Positions 16,169-23,312 of a stretch of DNA of 32,000 nucleotides are shown piece by piece. The notes beneath the pieces were generated by a model. That model did not search any database, was not told the DNA's origin, and worked only from the letters and a program-made list of their open reading frames with translations. Both the position numbers and the translations under genes were made by a program. The DNA comes from Horticoccus luteus (lineage in GTDB: Bacteria; Verrucomicrobiota; Verrucomicrobiia; Opitutales; Opitutaceae). Each line of letters begins with the position of its first letter. Within the stretch, counting starts at the first letter, position 1. The stretch is taken from the NCBI RefSeq assembly GCF_019464535.1, contig NZ_CP080507.1:3990001-4022000 (forward strand), given 5' to 3'.

Positions 16169-18544
16169 ATGAAGCATCATTCTCCCAAGCATTCCCACTC
16201 GGATCACGGCCACTCTCACGGGGCGGAGGGCGCAGGCCAAACGGCCCGGGACGGCGGGAATGGCCACGCCGGGTGCCGCCATCACGGTTCCGGCGACCAC
16301 CGCGAACACCAGCCGAAGGCCGCGGCGGCCTACTACTGTCCCATGTGCGAGGGCGTCGAATCGGATCGACCCGGGGATTGTCCCAAATGCGGCATGGCGT
16401 TGGAGCGAAATCCAGCCTATCGCGAGCCCGCCAGGTCCATTTGGACCTGCCCGATGCATCCGCAGATCGAACAGGATCAGCCCGGCGACTGTCCCATTTG
16501 CGGCATGGCCCTCGAGCCGAAAGCCGTAACGTCCACGACGGTCGAGGACAGCCATGAACTGCGCGACATGACGCGGCGCTTCTGGGTGGGCGGACTGCTG
16601 GCGCTGCCGGTTCTCGTGCTGGGAATGCTGCATGTCGTGCCTGCGCTGCTGCACGTCGTGAATTCGCCGGCGAGCCGCTGGGCGCAGTTTCTCCTTTCGA
16701 CTCCAGTGGTCCTGTGGGCAGGCTGGCCCTTCTTCGTGCGCGGCGCGAAATCGCTGCGGTCTGGCCATTGGAACATGTTCACACTGATCGCCATTGGCGT
16801 AGGCGCGGCCTGGCTCTACAGCGTTGTCGCCTTCTTTGCGCCGGGCTTTTTCCCGCCCTCGATGCGGACGCATGGTGTGGTCGACGTTTATTTCGAAGCC
16901 GCTGCCGTGATCGTCGTTTTCGTGCTGCTCGGCCAGGTGCTCGAACTGCGGGCCCGGGCGCGCACGTCGACGGCCATCAAGGCCCTGCTCAATCTGGCTC
17001 CCCCGGTAGCACTGCGTCTGACCGCCGAAGGGGATCGCGAAGTCCCGCTCGACGCTGTGCAGGCCGGGGACCGGCTGCGCGTGCGTCCCGGCGCCAAGGT
17101 GCCGGTGGACGGCGTGGTCGAGGAAGGTGCGTCTGCTGTCGACGAATCCATGATCACGGGGGAATCGCTGCCGGTCGAAAAGAAAGTCGGCGACCACGTC
17201 ACGGGCGGCACCGTGAACGCGACTGGGAGCTTCGTGTTTCGGGCCGAGAAGGTCGGCACCGACACGATGCTCGCGCGCATCGTGAACATGGTTGCGGAGG
17301 CGCAACGCAGCCGGGCGCCGATTCAGGGCCTGGCGGATAAGGTGGCGGGGATTTTCGTGCCGGCCGTGGTGATTATTGCGGCGGTGACCTTCGTTGCGTG
17401 GTTTTTCATCGGCCCCGAACCGCGCCTAGCCCATGCCATCGTGAACGCCGTCGCCGTCCTGATTATCGCTTGCCCCTGTGCGCTGGGGCTCGCGACCCCC
17501 ATGTCCATCATGGTGGGAGTGGGCCGGGGGGCGCAGGCCGGAGTCCTCGTCAAGCATGCGGAGGCGCTCGAACTCCTTGGCAAGGTGAAGTGGCTGGTCG
17601 TGGACAAGACGGGCACCTTGACGGAGGGGCGGCCCCAGCTGGTGGATGTGGTGGTGGCCGATGGCACGGCTGAGACGGATCTCGTGCGGTTGGCCGCCGC
17701 GGTCGAGCGAGCGTCGGAGCACCCGCTAGCTGCGGCCATCGTTCGCGGTGCTGAACACCGCGGGATTTCGGTGCCGGAGGCGGCGGACTTTCGTTCGATC
17801 ACGGCCGGGGGTGTGATGGGCAAAGTGGAGGGGCGGTTGGTCCTCGTGGGGAAAGCCAAGTTTTTGGCGGACCAAGGCGTCCCGTCCGATTCCACCCTGA
17901 ACGAACGAGCTACCCAACTGCAGTTGGAGGGTAAGACCGCCCTATTTGTTGCGATTGACGGACGGTCCGCAGGGGCGCTCGCCGTGGCTGATCCGATCAA
18001 GGCGACGACCCGCGAAGCCATGGCGAATCTCCACGCGCTCGGCATTAAGGTGGTGATGGCAACGGGCGACAATCGTCACACGGCAGCATCCGTCGCACGG
18101 CAACTGGGGATCGACCGCTTCGAGGCTGAGGTCGAGCCCGCCCGCAAGATCGCCCTCGTGGAGGAGCTGAAGCGGACCGGAGACCGCGTTGCCATGGCGG
18201 GTGACGGGATCAACGATGCCCCGGCGCTTGCGGCTGCCGATGTGGGCCTGGCCATGGGCACCGGCACGGACGTCGCGATGGAAAGCGCGGGAGTGACGCT
18301 CGTGAAAGGCGACCTCCGGGGGATTGCGAAGGCGGTGCACCTGTCTCGCGCCACCATGGGAAACATCCGGCAGAATCTCTTCTTTGCGTTCGTTTACAAC
18401 GCGCTGGGCGTGCCGATCGCCGCCGGGGCCCTCTATCCTGTCTTCGGTTGGCTCCTGAGCCCGATCCTCGCGGGTGCGGCGATGTCCCTGTCATCGGTGT
18501 CGGTGATCACCAATGCCCTGCGGCTGCGGCGCATGCGGCTCTAA
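16169..18544 (+). CDS. copA: Copper-translocating P1B-type ATPase
   Basis: His-rich N-terminus [16 protein letters not shown]. Two CPMC/CPMH...CPxCGMAL metal-binding modules. TM CPC motif ([13 protein letters not shown]), DKTGTLT and GDGINDAP. Confidence 0.95.
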   Translation: MKHHSPKHSHSDHGHSHGAEGAGQTARDGGNGHAGCRHHGSGDHREHQPKAAAAYYCPMCEGVESDRPGDCPKCGMALERNPAYREPARSIWTCPMHPQIEQDQPGDCPICGMALEPKAVTSTTVEDSHELRDMTRRFWVGGLLALPVLVLGMLHVVPALLHVVNSPASRWAQFLLSTPVVLWAGWPFFVRGAKSLRSGHWNMFTLIAIGVGAAWLYSVVAFFAPGFFPPSMRTHGVVDVYFEAAAVIVVFVLLGQVLELRARARTSTAIKALLNLAPPVALRLTAEGDREVPLDAVQAGDRLRVRPGAKVPVDGVVEEGASAVDESMITGESLPVEKKVGDHVTGGTVNATGSFVFRAEKVGTDTMLARIVNMVAEAQRSRAPIQGLADKVAGIFVPAVVIIAAVTFVAWFFIGPEPRLAHAIVNAVAVLIIACPCALGLATPMSIMVGVGRGAQAGVLVKHAEALELLGKVKWLVVDKTGTLTEGRPQLVDVVVADGTAETDLVRLAAAVERASEHPLAAAIVRGAEHRGISVPEAADFRSITAGGVMGKVEGRLVLVGKAKFLADQGVPSDSTLNERATQLQLEGKTALFVAIDGRSAGALAVADPIKATTREAMANLHALGIKVVMATGDNRHTAASVARQLGIDRFEAEVEPARKIALVEELKRTGDRVAMAGDGINDAPALAAADVGLAMGTGTDVAMESAGVTLVKGDLRGIAKAVHLSRATMGNIRQNLFFAFVYNALGVPIAAGALYPVFGWLLSPILAGAAMSLSSVSVITNALRLRRMRL

Positions 18545-18601
18545 CGGGGACTTGTGCCGCTCCCGTCAACGGACCGATGGACTCCGAGCCGAGCCTGACC
18601 G

Positions 18602-18790
18602 CTACCTCGCCAACGACTTGAGGTGGGCGCTGATCACTTTGATGTCGATCTCGGCGCTGACGACGGTGGCGCGGGCTTTGGCGAGGCGCACCTCGGCTTT
18701 CATCAGCTCGCGTTTGAGCGTGTCGAGTTCGTCGGTCGTGGTGCGTGGGTTGCGTGCGGTAGCGGGTGATTCGGAGGTGCCGTTGTTCAT
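18602..18790 (-). CDS. Possible small coiled-coil protein (62 aa)
   Basis: ATG-initiated ORF in an otherwise empty gap with a helical heptad-like sequence (DELDTLKRELMKAEVRLAKARATVV). No family support. Confidence 0.3.
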   Translation of the reverse strand: MNNGTSESPATARNPRTTTDELDTLKRELMKAEVRLAKARATVVSAEIDIKVISAHLKSLAR

Positions 18791-18814
18791 GGTGAATTTC
18801 TTTGGATTATGAAT

Positions 18815-18881
18815 GCGCCGGTCAGCGGAGTGCTGACCGGCGCCGCTGATTGAAGCGGCTCGCGTGCGCCTGGCACGCGAG
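18815..18881. repeat. Two perfect GC-rich stem-loops (12-bp and 9-bp stems)
   Basis: GCGCCGGTCAGC-ggagt-GCTGACCGGCGC (18815-18843) and CTCGCGTGC-gcctg-GCACGCGAG (18859-18881). Confidence 0.85.
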
Positions 18882-18914
18882 CGCGCCTACCGGAAACGGG
18901 GGATCACGCCTCCC

Positions 18915-18946
18915 GAAAGAAAGGGAGCGGCCCGCAGGCCGCTCCC
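18915..18946 (-). terminator. Rho-independent terminator downstream of the DUF932-like gene
   Basis: GGGAGCGGCC-cgca-GGCCGCTCCC (18923-18946). On the minus strand it is followed by TTTCTTTC. Confidence 0.65.
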
Positions 18947-18956
18947 CGTGTGTGAC

Positions 18957-19692
18957 TCAGTTGTTCGCGAACTCGCTCGCGAGACTCCAGAGCGCCTTGT
19001 TGAGCTTCTGGCCCTCGCTCAAGCCGCCCACCGCGCGCGTCCGGTTGCGGCGGATGCCCATGCCGGCAGTGTAGCCCATGTAGCGGTCACCGCCTCGGAT
19101 CAGGTGTTCCTGAACCACATTGAAGGTAGTCCAGAGGTCCGTGGCGGCATCGCCGTATCGCACCGGCGCCAGCAACTTCTCAGGGCTAAGGAGCTTCATG
19201 ACGGGCTGATCGGCATCCCAACGAAGGCCCGCCGCGCGCCGGGCGAACTCGACGCGGGCGGCCTGCGGGAGCTGAACCGCCTGCCACTTGGCGACGGCCT
19301 CCAGCATGCGCGGCGTGTTCTCGGCGACGGACTGTGCTGCCTTGGCGAAAGCGTCGGCGGAAATGTCCACGTGCCGGATCGAGACATGGGCAAAGTCGGC
19401 ATCCGCGACGGTCAGACCGTTGCGGCACACCAACCGATACAGGCCCGCGGCGAGGCGGCCAAGGTATCACCCAAGCTTCTCCAAGCTGGCGCCGATTTGT
19501 CGGATACGGCGATCCGCTCGGGCGAAACCCACCATCTCACCGAACTCGGCCACGCTGTCGAATTGCTCGCGGGACTCGATCCGCGCCGGTTGCGCGGTGC
19601 TTCGGTTACGCCGATTGGTGAAGCTGCACGCCTTGGTCTACATGCTCCGGCATCCCCGCGAAGCCTACCGCAGCCGCGAAGTGAGGGCGCAT
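18957..19692 (-). pseudogene. DUF932-like (conjugative-element/plasmid-associated) gene, apparently disrupted
   Basis: The C-terminal 158 aa are intact. The family-typical AGLYRLVCRNGL motif lies just after an in-frame TGA (19467-19469). Further upstream the reading frame shifts again, with a candidate ATG at 19690-19692. The family assignment is from memory of the GLFRLVCSNG signature. Confidence 0.5.
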
Positions 19693-20046
19693 TTCGTCAG
19701 ATTCGGTCTTCGGATTAGTTCGCTAGACTTCCGGCGCTTCTGCAAACGCCACGGCATCCGGCACGACGAACGCGCCGGCCGTCCTCGGGATCACGCGAGC
19801 GCGCGAGCTGCCGGCTAACCAGGGGCCAGGGGCCGGACTCGACCCCAGTTAGGCGCTGGCGGCGTTCGGGGCCGCGCGCGCCGTGGCAAAGCGTCGCAGG
19901 GAACGGCGCGCGAAGCTCCGGCGACACCCTCCAAGCCCAGCCCATCTTACGTTGCGCCCCTTCGAAGCTGATCGGGACGGAGACTTGCGCCACGGCAAGG
20001 ACGGCTGAAATCGCTCGCACCAACAACCTAACGCAGGATCAAGCCG

Positions 20047-20490
20047 CTACACTTTTGGCGGTTTGATGCTTCGCCCAATTGCCGCACCGACGGCCGCCCC
20101 GAAGGCAACGCCGACAGGACCGCCAGCCAATCCAAACAATCCGCCGAGTATCCCGCCCGCCGCGGCGTTGTCGTCACGCATTTTGCCCTTCACGGCTTTC
20201 GAGTAGGGGGCGCGACTTGTGCCATTCCATTTTCGCGCGGTTCGGGTGGTGAAATCGCTCTTGTCCCGATTGCAGCGAATACATGCTGGAAACAAGTTGT
20301 TGCGATGGTCGGTGCCGCCACATGCGCGGGGACGCGAATGTTCCACTTCCCATGATCCGCGATTCCCGAGAGACGCGTAGTTTTTGAACGACAATTTGCA
20401 GTGGCAGATATGGCAATACCCGTCGGTGCGTTCGTAGATGGTGCGGAGCAGGGTGACTTCGTAGGGCATAAGAATCGATTGCTTGGTCAA
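20047..20490 (-). CDS. HNH nuclease fused to a C-terminal glycine-zipper hydrophobic tail (147 aa)
   Basis: CHICHC...WEVEHSRPRACGGTDHRNNLFPACIRCNRDKSD (CxxC / H-N / CxxC HNH core). The tail is AAAGGILGGLFGLAGGPVGVAFGAAVGAAIG. Confidence 0.8.
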   Translation of the reverse strand: MTKQSILMPYEVTLLRTIYERTDGYCHICHCKLSFKNYASLGNRGSWEVEHSRPRACGGTDHRNNLFPACIRCNRDKSDFTTRTARKWNGTSRAPYSKAVKGKMRDDNAAAGGILGGLFGLAGGPVGVAFGAAVGAAIGRSIKPPKV

Positions 20491-20512
20491 ATCGTCCGGA
20501 TCGGCGGCGTCA

Positions 20513-21355
20513 TCAGAGTCGGGGAAACAGCAGCAATGTCAGAACTCCGAAAGGGCCGAGTCGCACCGCCTGCTCAACGATCACACAGTTTCGCGGCGAT
20601 GAGGCCGTGACATGCGCGAACCAGAAGCTTGCGGTTGATGGCGCTTCGAAAACGGGGCTCAGGCCGCCACCCGAAACCGCCTCGTGCGCGGTTCTGGATG
20701 CGAAGCCCTCCGGCAGCGCGGTGACTTCGGGTGCATTGCCGTAATCATAGCCAAGTTTTCGCAACATCGGAGAAATCGCGGGCCACGGTCGCTTGCCGGG
20801 TCGGAACATCATCGCCGCACACGGCACCGGGCACTCTTCGACGTAACGGATGGCTGTCGCTTGTGCGGAGACGTTGAAGGTGCTGCTTAGATTGAGGAGC
20901 CCTTGTAGGCCGGGCTTCTCTTTCGTCGCCGCTTTTCTGAAATCGTGCTGCGGCATCAACAGGTGGGAAGAAAATGTGTTGGCTTCCGTTTCGATCACGG
21001 AGTTGCCCGCCTTGTCGATGAACGACCGGTGCGCGGGCACCCGGCCGGATGCGAGTGCGTTCCGGTGCTCGTCGATGAAGTAGTGACCAAGTTCGTGGCC
21101 GACGGTGAAGCGTGCTCGGGTTGAACCTGGGTAATCCGTTTCCCGCACGTTGCAGTAAATGTGAAACTGCCCCCTCCGGTGTTCGAGCACGCCGTCAAAA
21201 GCGTTCCCATAGTCGCCGGTCGAAAAGGTGATGCCCTGATCCTCGATGAGCGGTGTTGGTTGCACTGGAATGACGCTCCCGACATCCGCAAAAGCGGTTT
21301 CAGCGAGGTCGGCGATCCAGCGCCGCCGAGTAACGCTCAACTCCGTGTAGGCCAT
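20513..21355 (-). CDS. ImmA/IrrE-family zinc metallopeptidase with extended C-terminal domain (280 aa)
   Basis: HEXXH motif in FTVGHELGHYFIDEH followed by EANTFSSHLLMP, typical of the family. Confidence 0.85.
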   Translation of the reverse strand: MAYTELSVTRRRWIADLAETAFADVGSVIPVQPTPLIEDQGITFSTGDYGNAFDGVLEHRRGQFHIYCNVRETDYPGSTRARFTVGHELGHYFIDEHRNALASGRVPAHRSFIDKAGNSVIETEANTFSSHLLMPQHDFRKAATKEKPGLQGLLNLSSTFNVSAQATAIRYVEECPVPCAAMMFRPGKRPWPAISPMLRKLGYDYGNAPEVTALPEGFASRTAHEAVSGGGLSPVFEAPSTASFWFAHVTASSPRNCVIVEQAVRLGPFGVLTLLLFPRL

Positions 21356-21741
21356 TAGCGTTTTTTCTTGGCCTTCGCTTCGGCGGCGGCGCGGTGCTCG
21401 TCCATCCGCTGGCGGACCTCGGCATCGATCTCGCCGCCGTTACGGGCGGCCAAGGCGAGATCTTTCGCGAGCGCCGCGCTTTCAAACGGAAGGATTTTAG
21501 AAGCTTCGACTGGCTGGTCGCTCTTTTTGCCCCGCAAAAACTGTCGAAAGCTATTCACGTCGGGCGTGGGCAGTCGGGAATCGTCGACGGCGGCTTCAAT
21601 GCGATCGATGTCTTCCGGCGTTTCGGGAAAGGCGAGGCCGTCCTGCTTCATCATGTCGCGCAGGGCACGCTTCGTAGCGGCGAGGGTGGCTTTGTTCGTT
21701 GGAATGGGCTTGTTCATGTCTTTCGGGTGCTGACGGGGCAT
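21355..21741 (-). CDS. Hypothetical protein (128 aa), partner of the ImmA-like protease
   Basis: The ORF is translationally coupled to the protease gene (TAATG overlap at 21353-21357). It is a charged helical protein with a Lys-rich tail. I recognise no HTH. Confidence 0.55.
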   Translation of the reverse strand: MPRQHPKDMNKPIPTNKATLAATKRALRDMMKQDGLAFPETPEDIDRIEAAVDDSRLPTPDVNSFRQFLRGKKSDQPVEASKILPFESAALAKDLALAARNGGEIDAEVRQRMDEHRAAAEAKAKKKR

Positions 21742-21757
21742 TGGCGGACGAGGGGGA

Positions 21758-22474
21758 TTACTCGTTATCGAGCACGTGTTGCTTCATGCGCTCCAAGAGG
21801 CGGGAGCGTTGAGTTCGAAGTGAAATCTTGGTCATACCCAGCTCGGCGCAGAGTGCTTCCAAGACAGCCTTCGGCATGACGGTTTGCCCGGTGCGGCGGT
21901 CGTAATACTGCATGGTGTTGTAGAGAATCGCTTGGTCGTGGGGTGCCAGGCCGGAAACGAACGCACGAATGAGTGCGATCCGGCGGTGGGTCGGGGGCTC
22001 GGCCGCTTCGGTGTCCACCGGGTCGAGCGCCACGATGGCGCCCACGGTCTCGACATCGAATTCACAACGCTCTTCGCGCTCGGCGTATTCGCTGCGATAG
22101 GCGTCGATGCAGACGTTCTTCAGAATACAATAGAGCCAGAACTTGACGTGCTTGGTTTTCTCCGCGTCGGAGAGTTCCTTTTTTAACGGTCCGAACGTCT
22201 TCGCCGCGCGGAGAGCTTTCTGGAAGGTTTTCTTAACCAAATCCTCATGATTCTGGCGGTAGAGAAGAAAGCTTTTAGCGCACCAGCCGGTCATCTTTTT
22301 GGAGTGGCGCCGATACAACTCGGCCGCGGCGTCTTCGGCCATGATGGGCTCGTCGTCATCGAATCCCATGTAGGTCACCAGGGATTCATCCGTCTCGTTT
22401 TCCATGACTACTTTGTTTGCCGCACGTTCGGGAGGCTCTCGCTGAAGTTTTGGGAGGGATAAACCGTTCATCAC
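21758..22474 (-). CDS. Divergent ECF-like sigma-70 family protein
   Basis: Region-2-like ELYRRHSKKMTGWCAKSF...KFWLYCILKNVCIDAYR and region-4-like LAPHDQAILYNTMQYYD...EALCAELGMTKISLRTQRSRLLERMK. The start is ambiguous (22474/22471 or ATG at 22405). Confidence 0.7.
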   Translation of the reverse strand: MMNGLSLPKLQREPPERAANKVVMENETDESLVTYMGFDDDEPIMAEDAAAELYRRHSKKMTGWCAKSFLLYRQNHEDLVKKTFQKALRAAKTFGPLKKELSDAEKTKHVKFWLYCILKNVCIDAYRSEYAEREERCEFDVETVGAIVALDPVDTEAAEPPTHRRIALIRAFVSGLAPHDQAILYNTMQYYDRRTGQTVMPKAVLEALCAELGMTKISLRTQRSRLLERMKQHVLDNE

Positions 22475-22521
22475 TACTCTAACGAGAAGGCGTTACAGGG
22501 GACCGGCGAAAGGCGGCGTGT

Positions 22522-22535
22522 AACGGGGTCCCGTT
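22522..22535. promoter_or_regulatory. Palindrome AACGGG-GT-CCCGTT in the divergent control region (candidate operator)
   Basis: Perfect 6-bp arms. A related half-repeat GTTACAGGGGACC lies at 22492-22504, compared with GTAACGGGGTCC at 22520-22531. Confidence 0.35.
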
Positions 22536-22590
22536 GTAGGGGTGAAGGACAATCAGTCCTCTCTTTCAAACCATTAACCGAGGCAACACT

Positions 22591-22923
22591 ATGTCAGACA
22601 AGAATCAACCCAACGCCGGCCCCGATGCCGGTCTCGTCGACGAGGTCGATCTGGAGCAGGTCGCTAAAGCGGGCGGAAAGCCGCCGAAGGCCAAGCGTTA
22701 CCGCATCCGCATCGACGATCAATACTACGTCGTGAGCCAAGGCTCCATGACTGGCGCCGAGTTGCTGAAACTCGCCAGTAAAACGCCCCCGGAAAATTAC
22801 ATTCTGACCCAAAAGCTCCGGGGGGGCGTGATCAAGACTATCGGCCTGTCGGATGTCGTGGATTTCACCACGCCCGGCATCGAGCGTTTCAACACCCTGC
22901 CGCGGCAGGTGCAGGAGGGTTGA
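22591..22923 (+). CDS. Ubiquitin-like beta-grasp protein ('multiubiquitin'-type), C-terminus ends in Gly
   Basis: RYRIRIDDQYYVVSQGSMTGAELLKLASKTPPENYILTQKLRGGVIKTIGLSDVVDFTTPGIERFNTL matches the multiubiquitin-domain pattern as I remember it. The last codons are Q-E-G-stop. A GAGG Shine-Dalgarno lies 8 nt upstream. Confidence 0.7.
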   Translation: MSDKNQPNAGPDAGLVDEVDLEQVAKAGGKPPKAKRYRIRIDDQYYVVSQGSMTGAELLKLASKTPPENYILTQKLRGGVIKTIGLSDVVDFTTPGIERFNTLPRQVQEG

Positions 22924-22928
22924 AGCCC

Positions 22929-23312
22929 ATGAGGCATGATTTTTCTTTGCCCGAGGAGGACGAGGAAAGCCTCAATGCCTTGGGCATCCCATGGGAAACG
23001 ATCCGTGACGGGGGCAACCAATGGTTGCTCCTTCACGAGATGCCGTTTCGTGAGGGCTTCAACCATCGCACGGGGTCCGTTGCCGTGCAGATTCCGCCCA
23101 GTTATCCGACCGCTGGCCTCGATATGGCCTATTTCTTTCCCCATCTAGCAAGGCTCGACGGGAAGACTATCGGGCAAACTCAGTGCAAGCAGCCGATTGA
23201 CGGTAAGCAATGGCAGCGGTGGTCCCGGCACTACTCCTGGGTGCCGGGCGTGCACAGCGTCTCAACTCATGTGGTCCTCATCCATCGGTGGCTGGAAGCC
23301 GCCACAAACTAA
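22929..23312 (+). CDS. Prokaryotic E2/UBC-like protein (family-E-like)
   Basis: PPSYPTAGLDMAYFFPHLARLDG...QCKQPIDGKQWQRWSRH matches my memory of the prokaryotic E2 family found with JAB-E1 and multiubiquitin genes. GGAGG lies 10 nt upstream of the ATG at 22929. An alternative TTG at 22920 overlaps the Ubl stop. Confidence 0.7.
   Translation: MRHDFSLPEEDEESLNALGIPWETIRDGGNQWLLLHEMPFREGFNHRTGSVAVQIPPSYPTAGLDMAYFFPHLARLDGKTIGQTQCKQPIDGKQWQRWSRHYSWVPGVHSVSTHVVLIHRWLEAATN

Noticed and set aside
15920-17305. 461-aa minus-strand ORF antisense to the sigma and copA genes
   Set aside because: It is antisense to an unambiguous P-type ATPase. Its composition is Arg/Gly/His-rich with no motifs.
19715-20026. 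103-aa minus-strand ORF between the DUF932 remnant and the HNH gene
   Set aside because: It is Arg/Ala-rich with no motif and no plausible ribosome-binding context. It is treated as non-coding spacer.
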